Notes under the pieces: generated by a model | What the model saw: only the letters and a program-made list of their open reading frames with translations | Told to the model about the DNA's origin: nothing | The model's database searches: none | Shown: in pieces, positions 1 through 9,197 of the stretch | How positions within the stretch are numbered: position 1 is the first letter of the stretch | Layout of the letters: each line of letters opens with the position of its first letter | Assembly (NCBI GenBank): GCA_038232615.1 | Contig: JBBSNO010000001.1 | Coordinates: 1 to 37,633, forward strand | DNA length: 37,633 bases | From: Actinomycetales bacterium | GTDB taxonomy: Bacteria; Actinomycetota; Actinomycetes; Actinomycetales; DASROP01 | Reading direction: 5' to 3' | Position numbers and translations under genes: made by a program

Positions 1-159
1 GGCGGTGTCGCCGGGCGTCGGGCTGCTCACGAACGGATCTCGTCTCTGGCGGCTGGCGGGGGTGGCGGCGTGCGGCGCGACCGGAGGTCGGACGCCCGGA
101 ACCCTAGTGGGACGCCGAGCCGGGCATCAAGGCAGGACGGCAGCCGCGGCCACCTCGCG

Positions 160-696
160 TCAGGGGTCGAGCAGGGAGCCGGTGGTGCGCCCGCGGGCCG
201 GCATCGCCAGACAGTGCACGGTCCGGTCGTCCGCGTGCTCCCAGCTCTCGTCGGTGGGGTAGAAGTAGAACGGCAGCAGCTCACCGGGGCGCGGCGCCGA
301 CGGCAGCTGCGCCACGATCAGGTCGGCGCAGCGTTCCTGCGCCTGGGCGACCACCACCTCCTCACCGGGGTACCGGCCCTGCTCGAGCCGGAAGCTGGCG
401 ATCACCTCGGCCTCGTGCGGCTCGCTGCACGCCACCACCGGGGTGCTGGTGAACTCCTCCGCCTCCTGCGTGGTGCCCGAGACGCCGTTGACGCAGTCGC
501 CGACGGCCAGCTCGAACACGTCGGTCATCCCGCCCTCGGCCCGCGAGGCCACGGCCGCGACGACGACCGCCCCGAGCAGCAGCACCACGGCCACGACCAC
601 GACGACGCCGGCGGGGCGGGTCCGACGTCCGGCCGGTTCCGGCTCAGGGCTCGGCTCCGGCTCCGGGCCTGCGGGTCCTGGGGGGGACGACGTCAT
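160..696 (-). CDS. Membrane-anchored hypothetical protein (Pro/Glu-rich N-terminus, one TM helix, Cys-containing extracytoplasmic domain resembling the actinobacterial septum-formation domain family)
   Basis: 178-aa ORF. TM segment VVVVVAVVLLLGAVVVAAVA is followed by GDCV...VVACSEPHEAEV...HCL spacing. Codon third positions are strongly G/C. Confidence 0.6.
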   Translation of the reverse strand: MTSSPPGPAGPEPEPSPEPEPAGRRTRPAGVVVVVAVVLLLGAVVVAAVASRAEGGMTDVFELAVGDCVNGVSGTTQEAEEFTSTPVVACSEPHEAEVIASFRLEQGRYPGEEVVVAQAQERCADLIVAQLPSAPRPGELLPFYFYPTDESWEHADDRTVHCLAMPARGRTTGSLLDP

Positions 697-719
697 GGTC
701 GCCAGGGTAGGTGGCGGGT

Positions 720-1667
720 TCAGGTCGCCCGCGGGTGCGCCGCCGCGTAGACCTCGCGCAGCGTGTCTGCCGTGACCAGCGTGTACACCTGAGTCGTCGT
801 CACCGACGCGTGCCCGAGCAGCTCCTGGACGACGCGGACGTCGGCACCGCCCTGGAGCAGGTGGGTGGCGAACGAGTGCCGCAGCGTGTGCGGCGAGACC
901 CGGGCGTCGAGGCCGGCCCGGCGGGCGGCGGCGCCAAGGACGGCCCAGGCGCTCTGGCGCGACAGGCGACCGCCCCGCGTGTTGAGGAACAGGGCCGGCG
1001 TCCCCCGCCCGCCCGCAGCCAGCACCGGCCGGGCGCGCACCAGGTACGCATGGACGGCCTGCACCGCGTACGAGCCGAGCGGCACCAGTCGCTCCTTGCG
1101 GCCCGTGCCCAGCAACCGCACGGGGGTCGCACCGTCGTCGTGGGTGGCGACGTCGACGACGTCGTCGACGTCCAGCCCGACCGCCTCGCTGATGCGGGCA
1201 CCCGAGCCGTAGAGGACCTCCAGGATGGCCCGGTCCCGCAGCGACGTGGGTGTGTCCCCGACGGACGAGGCCTCCAGGAGCCGCGTGACGGCGTCCACGC
1301 TGATCGCCTTCGGCAGCCGCTTGGGCGCGCTCGGTGGGCGCACCTCACGTGCCGGGTCGTCGGAGGTGAAGCCTTCGCGGGCCAGGAACCGGTGCAGGCC
1401 CCGGACGGCGACGACGGCGCGTGCCGCCGACGAAGCCGTCAGCGCCGGCCGGCCGTCGTGCCCGGTCCTGATCGCGGCCAGGAACGCGGCGACGTCGGAC
1501 CCGGTGACCTCGACCGGGTCCTGCACCCCGGCGCTGCCCAGGAAGGCCGTGTACCGGTCGAGGTCACGCCGGTAGGCGCCCAGGGTGTTGCGGGCCAGCC
1601 CCCGCTCGACCTCCACGTGCTGGAGGTAGCCCAGCACGGCGCGCGCCAGGGACGTGGGTCCATCCAC
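720..1667 (-). CDS. xerD: Tyrosine site-specific recombinase XerD
   Basis: 315 aa. Core-binding N-domain [19 protein letters not shown]. Catalytic Arg in [22 protein letters not shown] (HxxR), [14 protein letters not shown] (His and Tyr nucleophile). Very close in pattern to mycobacterial XerD. Confidence 0.92.
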   Translation of the reverse strand: MDGPTSLARAVLGYLQHVEVERGLARNTLGAYRRDLDRYTAFLGSAGVQDPVEVTGSDVAAFLAAIRTGHDGRPALTASSAARAVVAVRGLHRFLAREGFTSDDPAREVRPPSAPKRLPKAISVDAVTRLLEASSVGDTPTSLRDRAILEVLYGSGARISEAVGLDVDDVVDVATHDDGATPVRLLGTGRKERLVPLGSYAVQAVHAYLVRARPVLAAGGRGTPALFLNTRGGRLSRQSAWAVLGAAARRAGLDARVSPHTLRHSFATHLLQGGADVRVVQELLGHASVTTTQVYTLVTADTLREVYAAAHPRAT

Positions 1668-1681
1668 CTCGGGCGCCTGCG

Positions 1682-2797
1682 TCAGGAGAGCACCTCGGCC
1701 AGCGGTCGGCTCTGCATCTGGTGGGCGTCGGCGACGGGCGCGTACGTCACCGCGCCGTCGTGGATGTTCAGCCCCAGGGCCAGCGCGGGGTCGGCGCGCA
1801 TCGCGTCGCGCCAGCCTCGGTTCGCCAGCTCGACCGCGTACGGCATCGTCACGTTCGTCAGCGCGTACGTGGACGTGTGCGGCACGGCACCCGGCATGTT
1901 GGCGACGCAGTAGAACACCGAGTCGTGCACGGGGTAGGTCGGGTCGTCGTGGGTCGTGGGCCGCGAGTCCTCGAAGCAGCCGCCCTGGTCGATCGAGATG
2001 TCCACCAGCACGCTGCCGGGCTTCATCCGCGACACCAGGTCGTTGCTGACGAGCTTGGGGGCTTTCGTACCCGGCACGAGCACGGCGCCGATCACCATGT
2101 CGGCGTCCCCGACCGCACGCTCGACCTCGTAGGTGTTGGAGGCGACCGTCTGGCAGTGGCCCTGGTAGATCGCGTCGACCTGGCGCAGCCGGGCCACGTT
2201 GCGATCCAGCAGCAGCACCTCGGCCTGCATCCCCAGCGCGATGGCGGCGGCGTTCATACCGGCCACGCCGGCACCGATGACGACGACCTTGGCGGCGTAC
2301 ACGCCGGGGACGCCGCCCATCAGCACCCCGCGCCCGCCCTGGGCGCGCATCAGCGTGTGCGCCCCGACCTGGGGCGCGAGGCGCCCGGCCACCTCGCTCA
2401 TCGGCGCGAGCAGCGGCAGCGAGTGGTCGCCCACCTCGACGGTCTCGTACGCGACGGCGGTGACCTTGCGGGCGACCAGCTCCTCGGTCAGCGCCTGGTC
2501 GGCGGCCAGGTGCAGGTACGTGAACAGGGTCTGGCCCTCACGCATGCTGTGGTACTCCTGCGCTACCGGCTCCTTCACCTTCAGGATCAGATCGCCGTGC
2601 GACCACACGTCGTCCGCCTCCGGCCGGATGTGGGCACCCGCGACCGCGAAGTCCTCGTCGCGGATCAAGGACCCCTCACCGGCGCCGGCCTGGACGGCGA
2701 CGTCGTGCCCGTGTTTCACGAGCTCGTGCACGCCGGCCGGGGTGATCGCCACCCGGTACTCGTGGTTCTTGACCTCGCGGGGGATGCCGATCTTCAC
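1682..2797 (-). CDS. ald: L-alanine dehydrogenase
   Basis: 371 aa starting at GTG 2797, with AAGGA 9 nt upstream. N-terminus [22 protein letters not shown], Rossmann motif [15 protein letters not shown]-terminal [13 protein letters not shown]. The 802-aa ORF in the track is an upstream shadow extension. Confidence 0.93.
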   Translation of the reverse strand: MKIGIPREVKNHEYRVAITPAGVHELVKHGHDVAVQAGAGEGSLIRDEDFAVAGAHIRPEADDVWSHGDLILKVKEPVAQEYHSMREGQTLFTYLHLAADQALTEELVARKVTAVAYETVEVGDHSLPLLAPMSEVAGRLAPQVGAHTLMRAQGGRGVLMGGVPGVYAAKVVVIGAGVAGMNAAAIALGMQAEVLLLDRNVARLRQVDAIYQGHCQTVASNTYEVERAVGDADMVIGAVLVPGTKAPKLVSNDLVSRMKPGSVLVDISIDQGGCFEDSRPTTHDDPTYPVHDSVFYCVANMPGAVPHTSTYALTNVTMPYAVELANRGWRDAMRADPALALGLNIHDGAVTYAPVADAHQMQSRPLAEVLS

Positions 2798-2902
2798 GTG
2801 CACACGTCCTTCGCTGGTGGGCGCGGGACGCCGTCGTCCCGCCTGGTGCACCGACCGCGCGCACCTGGCCCGCCGACGGCGCGGCGAGTCTAGTGTCCTG
2901 AC

Positions 2903-3520
2903 GTGCCCTTCATCCCGTACTCCCAGAGCCCTGGACGCCGCATGCTGCAGATCGTCGGCGACCTGCTGCTGCTGGGGTGGCTGTACCTGTGGTTCCGGGC
3001 CGGCCAGGCGGTCGAGGACGCGACCCAGGCCCTGGCGGAACCGGGTCGCCGCCTGGACGCCGGGGCCACCGACGTCGCCACCAGCCTCACCGAGGCCGCG
3101 GGCACGGCGGCGCGGGTGCCGCTGGTCGGCGACGACCTGTCGGGACCGTTCGCCTCCGCCGGCGAGGCGGCCTCGGCCGTCGCCGAGGCGGGTCGGCACC
3201 AGGTGGAGGTCGTCGGCGACCTCGCCCTGCGGCTCGGGCTTGTCGTGACCGCGATCCCGGTGCTCGTCGCGCTGCTCGGCTACGTGCCGCTGCGGCTCCG
3301 GTTCGCGCGCCGGGCGGGGGCGGCGCGGCGGTTCGTCGACGCCGGCGCAGACCTCGAGCTGTTCGCGCTGCGGGCGATGGCGAACCAGCCGATGCACCGG
3401 CTCGCCAAGGTCAGCGACGACCCCGTCTCGGCCTGGCGCTCGGGAGACCGTGCCGTCGTCCGGGCGCTCGCGACGCTGGAGCTGCGCGACGTCGGCCTGC
3501 GCCCTCCTCCCGCCGCGTGA
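2903..3520 (+). CDS. Conserved hypothetical membrane protein
   Basis: 205-aa ORF with two hydrophobic helices (LLLLGWLYLWF; LGLVVTAIPVLVALLGYV). Good GC3 bias. Start is uncertain (GTG 2903 or ATG 2942). Confidence 0.55.
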   Translation: MPFIPYSQSPGRRMLQIVGDLLLLGWLYLWFRAGQAVEDATQALAEPGRRLDAGATDVATSLTEAAGTAARVPLVGDDLSGPFASAGEAASAVAEAGRHQVEVVGDLALRLGLVVTAIPVLVALLGYVPLRLRFARRAGAARRFVDAGADLELFALRAMANQPMHRLAKVSDDPVSAWRSGDRAVVRALATLELRDVGLRPPPAA

Positions 3521-3523
3521 ACC

Positions 3524-3628
3524 TTGCTCACCCCAGGCCGCTTTGCTCACCCCAGACCGCTCTGAGCCCGGGATCCGCGGCAGATCAGCGGTCCCTCCCT
3601 GGTGAGCAAACCGGCGTCCGGTGAGCAG
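3524..3628 (+). promoter_or_regulatory. Structured repeat element in the arfB leader: four copies of (T/C)TGCTCACC
   Basis: Two forward copies (3524-3532, 3543-3551) lie inside a 19-bp tandem repeat TTGCTCACCCCAG[G/A]CCGCT. Two reverse copies GGTGAGCA[A/G] (3601-3609, 3620-3628) are also 19 bp apart. F2 pairs with R1 over 9 bp and F1 pairs with R2 over 9 bp (one G-U). An inner GGGATCCGC...GCGGTCCC stem lies at about 3570-3596. Confidence 0.55.
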
Positions 3629-3635
3629 ACACGGC

Positions 3636-4067
3636 ATGATCGGGGACGTGGACGGGCTGCGGGCGGGACCGGTCGTGGTCCCCGAGTCCGAGCTGGGGTG
3701 GCGGTTCTCCCGCTCGTCCGGTCCCGGAGGCCAGGGCGTCAACACGACCGACTCGCGCGTCGAGCTGGTCTGGGACGTCGCCGCGTCGCCGTCACTGAGC
3801 CCCGTGCAGCGCGAGCGCGCGCTGGAGCGGCTCGGCGGGCGGCTGGTCGACGGTGTCCTGGTCGTCGTCGCCTCCGAGCACCGCTCGCAGCGCCGCAACC
3901 GCGACGCGGCCCGGGCGCGGCTCGCGGCGCTGCTGGCGGACGCCGTCCGCCCACCGGCCCGCGCCCGCCGTCCGACCCGACCCAGCCGCCGGGCGCGACA
4001 ACGGCGCGTCGACTCCGAGCAGCAGCGGAGCCAGACCAAGCGGCTGCGGCGACCCCCGACCGACTGA
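3636..4067 (+). CDS. arfB: Alternative ribosome-rescue factor ArfB (class I peptidyl-tRNA hydrolase domain protein)
   Basis: GGQ motif in FSRSSGPGGQGVNTTDSRVEL, followed by a long Arg-rich C-terminal tail. ATG 3636 is preferred over GTG 3621 because 3620-3628 is part of the upstream helix. Confidence 0.85.
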   Translation: MIGDVDGLRAGPVVVPESELGWRFSRSSGPGGQGVNTTDSRVELVWDVAASPSLSPVQRERALERLGGRLVDGVLVVVASEHRSQRRNRDAARARLAALLADAVRPPARARRPTRPSRRARQRRVDSEQQRSQTKRLRRPPTD

Positions 4068-4178
4068 GCCGGCGGTCGGCCCCGCACCAAGTGTCCCAGC
4101 CCGGCCGGACACGCCGGCGTGGCTCACCGGGCAGGGACACTCGAGGGGGTGCGGCGGTGTTTGGCACTATCTCCCCTC

Positions 4179-5024
4179 GTGACCACGCCGACGACGCCCG
4201 ACGACGGCCACGACGTCGCCTTCGTGCTCGGGGGTGGCGGTGTCCTCGGCGCCAGCGAGGTCGGCATGCTGCGGGCGCTCTTCGACGCCCAGATCCGGCC
4301 CGACCTCGTGGTGGGCACCAGCGTCGGGGCGCTCAACGGTGCCGTCGTCGCCCACGACCCCGACATGGCCAGCGTCGAGAAGCTCACGGACGTGTGGATG
4401 TCCACCGCGTCGATGGTGTGGGCCATCTCGCCGCTGGACCGGGTGCTGTCGGTGGCCCGTACCCGTACCGCCCTGCACAGCATCGACCCGCTGCGCCAGC
4501 TGCTCGCCGAGCATCTCGGCGACACCCTGATCGAGGACCTGCCCATCCCTTACCACTGCTGCGCGGCCAGCATCGAGCGCGCGAGCGAGCACTGGTTCAC
4601 CACGGGGCCCGTGGTCGAGGCCGTGCTCGCCTCGTGCTCGGTGCCCGGCCTGTTCCCCGCCTTCGAGCTCGACGGCGAGCACTTCGTTGACGGCGGCATC
4701 GTCAACTCGATCCCCGTCGGCCGGGCCGTGGAGCTGGGGGCCCGGACGATCTACGTGCTTCAGGTCGGCCGGATCGAGCGCAGCCTCACCGCGCCGACCA
4801 CACCGTGGGAGGTCGGGCTGGTAGCGTTCGAGATCGCGCGGCGGCACCGGTTCGCGCGCGACATGGCGACGGTTCCTGACGGCGTCACCGTGCACCTGCT
4901 GCCCAGCGGTGAGGACATCGCGCCCCTGGCCACCCTGAGGTATCGCGACACCCGTGCCGTCGAGCGGCGCATCGACCAGGCCCAGGCCGCCACCGCGGAG
5001 TACCTCGCCCAGATCGGCTCCTGA
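4179..5024 (+). CDS. Patatin-like phospholipase
   Basis: Oxyanion Gly-rich loop FVLGGGGVLGA, nucleophile elbow GTSVGALNG (GxSxG), catalytic Asp in FVDGGIVNSIP. GTG 4179 is preferred over GTG 4119: only 13 of the 20 codons between them end in G/C, which is atypical for coding sequence here. Confidence 0.85.
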   Translation: MTTPTTPDDGHDVAFVLGGGGVLGASEVGMLRALFDAQIRPDLVVGTSVGALNGAVVAHDPDMASVEKLTDVWMSTASMVWAISPLDRVLSVARTRTALHSIDPLRQLLAEHLGDTLIEDLPIPYHCCAASIERASEHWFTTGPVVEAVLASCSVPGLFPAFELDGEHFVDGGIVNSIPVGRAVELGARTIYVLQVGRIERSLTAPTTPWEVGLVAFEIARRHRFARDMATVPDGVTVHLLPSGEDIAPLATLRYRDTRAVERRIDQAQAATAEYLAQIGS

Positions 5025-5025
5025 G

Positions 5026-6024
5026 GTGCTGCCGCCCCGGTGGGTGCGACGACTGCTGCTGGCCCCGGGGATGGTGCTGCTGGCGGTGGCGGTCCTGGCG
5101 ACGCTGCCGGTGCTGCTGCTGGTCGCCGCGGCCGCCTCTCCCCTGTTCCCGGGTCGGTGGCGGCCCCTGCGCGTGACGTGGATGGTGCTACTGCACCTGC
5201 TGCTCGAGACGGCGGGGCTGCTGACCCTGTTCGTGCTGTGGGTCGCCTCCGGCTTCCGGGCCGCGATCGCCAGCCCGCGGTTCGAACGCGCCCACTACGA
5301 CGTCGTCCAGGCCTACCTGTCGCTGATGTTCTCCGAGGCGCGCCGGGTACTGCACGTGCAGGTGAGCGTCGAGGGGGCCCAGCCGGCGGCGATGACGGGC
5401 CGACCGCTGCTGGTGTTCAGCCGGCACGCGGGACCGGGCGACTCGTTCCTGCTCGTGCACGCGCTGATCAGCTGGTACGACCGCGAGCCGCGCATCGTCC
5501 TGAAGGACACGCTCCAGTGGGACCCGGCGGTGGACGTGCTGCTGAACCGGCTGCCCAACCGCTTCATCCGCCCGACCGGCGGCGGCACCACCCCGGTGAG
5601 CGAGCTGGCCCGGGGTCTGGACGACGACGACGCGCTGGTGATCTTCCCCGAGGGCGGCAACTTCACCGCCCGCCGGCGGGCGCGGGCGATCAACCGGCTC
5701 CGCGAGAAGGGCCTGCTGGCCGAGGCCGACAAGGCCGAGCAGATGCGGCACGTCCTGGCCCCCAAGCCGGCAGGGGTGTTGGCCGCGCTCGCGGAGGCCC
5801 CCGATGCCGACATCGTCTGGGTCGCGCACAGCGGTCTCGACCACCTGGTCAGCGTCGCCGACGTCTGGCGCGCCCTGCCGATGGACTCGACCGTGCGCAT
5901 GCACTGGTGGCAGGTGCCGGCCGGCGAGGTGCCCGACGGCGAGGCGTCGCAGGTCGAGTGGCTCTACGACTGGTGGAAGCGGATCGACGACTGGATCGTC
6001 GAGCAGCACGATGCCACGGCGTGA
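5026..6024 (+). CDS. Membrane-bound lysophospholipid/glycerolipid acyltransferase (PlsC family)
   Basis: N-terminal TM helices. HX4D-type block SRHAGPGD and the FPEGGNFT block. GTG start lies 1 nt after the patatin stop (TGA 5022-5024). Confidence 0.8.
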   Translation: MLPPRWVRRLLLAPGMVLLAVAVLATLPVLLLVAAAASPLFPGRWRPLRVTWMVLLHLLLETAGLLTLFVLWVASGFRAAIASPRFERAHYDVVQAYLSLMFSEARRVLHVQVSVEGAQPAAMTGRPLLVFSRHAGPGDSFLLVHALISWYDREPRIVLKDTLQWDPAVDVLLNRLPNRFIRPTGGGTTPVSELARGLDDDDALVIFPEGGNFTARRRARAINRLREKGLLAEADKAEQMRHVLAPKPAGVLAALAEAPDADIVWVAHSGLDHLVSVADVWRALPMDSTVRMHWWQVPAGEVPDGEASQVEWLYDWWKRIDDWIVEQHDATA

Positions 6025-6925
6025 GCGGCAGGCCGGGCGCAGCCGGGTGGAACGGCGGACGTCGGCCGGACCCGTCCCGGTCGCCGGTCGCTACCCGGTC
6101 TCCACCGGCGAGGTCGAGCTGGTGCCCGACGCCTCCGACCCGGGCCGGTGGACGCTGCTGGTCAACGGCGTCCCGAGCTCCCCGGTGCAGCTCGACGACG
6201 CGACCGTGCTGGAGTTCGAGTACCTGCGGTGGATGGCGGACGTGGTGGACGTCGGCTGGGACGCGGACGAGACGCTGGACGTCGTCCACCTCGGGGGCGC
6301 GGCGTGCGCCCTGCCGCGCTACGTCGAGGCCGTGCGGCCGGGCGCGCGGCAGGTGGGGATCGAGCTGGACGCCGAGCGGGCGCGCCACGTGCGTACCTGG
6401 TTCGACCTGCCGCGCTCGCCACGGCTGCGGATCCAGGTCGCCGACGCCTGCGACGGGCTGGCGCGGCGGCGCGACGCGAGTGCGGACGTCGTCGTCCGGG
6501 ACGTGTTCGCCGGGGACGCGACCCCTGCGCACGTGCGGACGGCGGAGTTCCTCGCCGACGTCGCGCGGGTGCTGCGGCCCGGGGGGATCTACCTCGCCAA
6601 CGTCGCTGACGCGCCGCCCCTGCACGGGCTGCGTGCCGAGCTCGCCACCGCCTCGTCGGTCTTCGACCACGTCGCGCTGGTCGCCGAGACCGCGATGCTG
6701 CGCGGACGCCGGTACGCCAACGCCGTCGTCGTCGCCTCCCGGCGTCCCCTGCCCCTGCCCGGTCTGCAGCGCCGGGTCTCCAGCGGAGCCGTGGCGGCGC
6801 GCCTCGTGCACGGCGACCGCGTCGACGACCTCGCGTGCGCCTCGACGCCACTGCGCGACTCCGCCCGGACCGCAGGCCCTCATCGCACCGATGCCGGTCC
6901 GGGCGTGACGACGGGAAGCGGCTGA
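6011..6925 (+). CDS. Spermidine synthase-like SAM-dependent methyltransferase-fold protein
   Basis: [14 protein letters not shown] (Gly-rich SAM loop), VVVRDVFAG and [11 protein letters not shown] blocks typical of SpeE-like proteins. ATG 6011 overlaps the acyltransferase 3' end by 14 nt. Confidence 0.7.
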   Translation: MPRRERQAGRSRVERRTSAGPVPVAGRYPVSTGEVELVPDASDPGRWTLLVNGVPSSPVQLDDATVLEFEYLRWMADVVDVGWDADETLDVVHLGGAACALPRYVEAVRPGARQVGIELDAERARHVRTWFDLPRSPRLRIQVADACDGLARRRDASADVVVRDVFAGDATPAHVRTAEFLADVARVLRPGGIYLANVADAPPLHGLRAELATASSVFDHVALVAETAMLRGRRYANAVVVASRRPLPLPGLQRRVSSGAVAARLVHGDRVDDLACASTPLRDSARTAGPHRTDAGPGVTTGSG

Positions 6926-6948
6926 CGTCGCCGGCTGTTGGCGCTAGG

Positions 6949-8001
6949 GTGACCGACCTGCGCACCGTGCCCCTGTCCGTCCTCGACCTTGCGCCGGTCG
7001 GGAGCGGGTCGACGCACGCCCGTGCGCTGGCCGAGACGATCGACCTCGCCCGGCACGCCGAGCGGCTCGGCTACACGCGGTACTGGCTGGCCGAGCACCA
7101 CGGCATGACCGGTATCGCCAGCTCGGCGACAGCCGTCCTGATCGGCGCCGTGGCCGCCGCGACGTCGCGCATCCGGGTCGGCTCGGGCGGGGTGATGCTG
7201 CCCAACCACGCGCCGCTCGTCGTCGCCGAGCAGTTCGGGACCCTGGAGGCACTGCACCCCGGCCGCATCGACCTCGGCATCGGGAGGGCTCCCGGTACCG
7301 ACCCGGCGACGGCCCGGGCGTTGCGCCGCAGCGTCGACGCCCTGTCGGCCGACGACTTCCCCGTCCAGCTCGGAGAGCTGCTCGGGTTCTTCCGCGGCAG
7401 CTTCGAGCCGCGCCACGCCTACTCGCGCGTCACCGCCGTGCCGGGGCTCGGCGACGAGCCCCCGCTGTGGCTGCTCGGGTCGAGCGGCTACAGCGCCCAG
7501 GTCGCGGGGATGCTGGGCCTGCCGTTCGCGTTCGCCCACCACTTCAGCAGCGGCGGGACCCTGGCGGCGCTGCGGCTCTACCGGGACCGTTTCGAACCGT
7601 CCGCCGTGCTGGACCGTCCCTACGCGATGGTCGGCGTCCAGGTCGTGGCCGCGGACGACGACGCCCGCGCGCACGAGCTCGCGTCGCCGTCCGCCCTGGC
7701 CTTCCTTCAGCTGCGCCAGGGCCGGCTGAGCGTGCTGCCGACACCCACCGAGGCGGCAGCCCACCCGTGGACGGACGCCGAGCGCGGCGCCGCCGGCGAG
7801 CGCTGGCGCGACCAGGCTGTCGGCGGCCCGGAGACGGTTCGCGAGCAGCTGGCCGGGCTGCTGGAGGCGACCGGCGCGGACGAGCTCATCGTCACCTCGA
7901 TGCTGCACGGCCTCGACGACCGGCTCCGCTCGCTCGACATCCTGCGCGGCCTGTTCGACGCCGACCTGCCGACGGGCTTCCAGGCCGGCGCAGCAGCCTG
8001 A
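6949..8001 (+). CDS. LLM-class (luciferase-like) flavin-dependent oxidoreductase
   Basis: [56 protein letters not shown] start at 6949. Confidence 0.85.
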   Translation: MTDLRTVPLSVLDLAPVGSGSTHARALAETIDLARHAERLGYTRYWLAEHHGMTGIASSATAVLIGAVAAATSRIRVGSGGVMLPNHAPLVVAEQFGTLEALHPGRIDLGIGRAPGTDPATARALRRSVDALSADDFPVQLGELLGFFRGSFEPRHAYSRVTAVPGLGDEPPLWLLGSSGYSAQVAGMLGLPFAFAHHFSSGGTLAALRLYRDRFEPSAVLDRPYAMVGVQVVAADDDARAHELASPSALAFLQLRQGRLSVLPTPTEAAAHPWTDAERGAAGERWRDQAVGGPETVREQLAGLLEATGADELIVTSMLHGLDDRLRSLDILRGLFDADLPTGFQAGAAA

Positions 8002-8014
8002 CCGACCAGTGCCG

Positions 8015-8064
8015 CTTGATAAACCGGCTCAGCGGCGCGCTTGACGAACCGGCTCAACGGCGCG
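8015..8064. repeat. 25-bp tandem duplication (2 copies, 3 mismatches) spanning the ADH stop codon
   Basis: CTTGATAAACCGGCTCAGCGGCGCG (8015-8039) and CTTGACGAACCGGCTCAACGGCGCG (8040-8064). The second copy contains the ADH stop (tca 8054-8056 on the plus strand). Confidence 0.8.
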
Positions 8065-9097
8065 GGTCGACGACGGTGATGCCCGCCGTCTGCGCGACGT
8101 CCATCCGGGCCAGCTCGACGGCTCCCTCGGCGAGGCCGACCGTCCGCGTCACGAGCAGGTCGGGACGCAGCCGCCCTGCGCGCACGAGGTCGAGCAGCCC
8201 CGGGTAGTCCGTCGCCGCCATCCCGTGGCTGCCGAACAGGTCGAGCTCGTACGCGATGACCCGCTCCATCGGCACGGGTGGGTTCCCGAGCACGCCCGGC
8301 AGCAGTCCCACCTGCACGTGACGGCCGCGCCGCCGCAGCGCCAGGACGGCGTCCGCGCACGTGGTCGGCGAGCCGACGGCGTCGACGGACACGTGGGCGC
8401 CGCCGTCGGTGAGGGCCACGACGGCGGCCGGGACGTCGTCGACCCGCGACGCGTCGACGACCTGCTCGGCGCCCAGGCGCAGCGCGAGGTCCAGCGCGTC
8501 GGCGTGCAGGTCGACCGCCACCACCCGGGCGCCCAGCGACCTCGCGACCATCACCGCCGACAGGCCCACCCCACCGCAGCCCACGACGCACACCCACTCG
8601 CTCGCCGTCGTCCGCGCCCGCGCCACGAGCGCTCGGTAGGAGGTAGCGAACCGGCACCCCAGGCTGGCGGCGGCGGACGCCGACAGGTCGTCCGGCAGCG
8701 CCACCAGGTTGGTGTCGGCGTAGCGCAGCGCGACGAGCTCGGCGAACGAGCCCCAGTGCGTGAACCCCGGCTGCTCCTGCGCCGGGCAGACCTGGGCGTC
8801 ACCAGCCAGACACACCGGGCAGACGCCACACCCGCACACGAACGGCACCGTCACCCGGGCACCGGGGCGCCACCGGCTCACGTCCCGGCCCACCGCCGTG
8901 ACGGTGCCGGCGAGCTCGTGACCCGGCACGTGCGGGAGCACGACGCCCGGGTCGTGGCCTGCCCACGCGTGCCAGTCGCTGCGGCAGAGGCCGGTGGCCT
9001 CGACCGCCACGACCACGCCGTCGTCCGCGGGGACGGGGTCCGGGACCTCCAGGACGGTGGCCTCGCGGCCGAAGGACTCCAGGAGGGCGGCGCGCAC
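8054..9097 (-). CDS. Zinc-dependent alcohol dehydrogenase family oxidoreductase
   Basis: GLCRSDWH and GHELAG catalytic-zinc ligands. Structural-zinc cluster CGCGVCPVCLAGDAQVC. Rossmann motif VVGCGGVGLSA. GTG 9097 (VRAALLESFG...) is preferred over ATG 9133: only 8 of the 12 intervening codons end in G/C. Confidence 0.85.
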   Translation of the reverse strand: MRAALLESFGREATVLEVPDPVPADDGVVVAVEATGLCRSDWHAWAGHDPGVVLPHVPGHELAGTVTAVGRDVSRWRPGARVTVPFVCGCGVCPVCLAGDAQVCPAQEQPGFTHWGSFAELVALRYADTNLVALPDDLSASAAASLGCRFATSYRALVARARTTASEWVCVVGCGGVGLSAVMVARSLGARVVAVDLHADALDLALRLGAEQVVDASRVDDVPAAVVALTDGGAHVSVDAVGSPTTCADAVLALRRRGRHVQVGLLPGVLGNPPVPMERVIAYELDLFGSHGMAATDYPGLLDLVRAGRLRPDLLVTRTVGLAEGAVELARMDVAQTAGITVVDPRR

Positions 9098-9197
9098 GGA
9101 CGCGAGAATGCCAGGTGGACCGGTGTGCGCCATCGGCGGATAGCGTGGCGACGTGGTCGACGAGCGGAGTGCGGGAGATCCAGCGGTGGGACAAGGG

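Noticed and set aside
1-30. Possible start (GTG at 30, minus strand) of a gene running off the left edge
   Set aside because: Only 10 codons are visible, which is too little to support a call.
2798-4090. Upstream 431 codons of the 802-aa minus-strand ORF that contains ald
   Set aside because: This part is Arg/Pro/Gly-rich low-complexity translation with no domain pattern. It overlaps two well-supported plus-strand genes (the membrane protein and arfB). Ald homology begins exactly at GTG 2797, which has a good RBS.
4179-5024. Patatin phospholipase as a CBASS-type effector
   Set aside because: There is no cyclase (CD-NTase) or other signalling gene nearby. It is translationally coupled to a lipid acyltransferase, which points to lipid metabolism.
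5040-6908. 622-aa plus-strand ORF spanning the acyltransferase and SpeE-like genes
   Set aside because: It is an off-frame of two genes with clear motifs, and its product is Arg/Gly/Pro low-complexity sequence.
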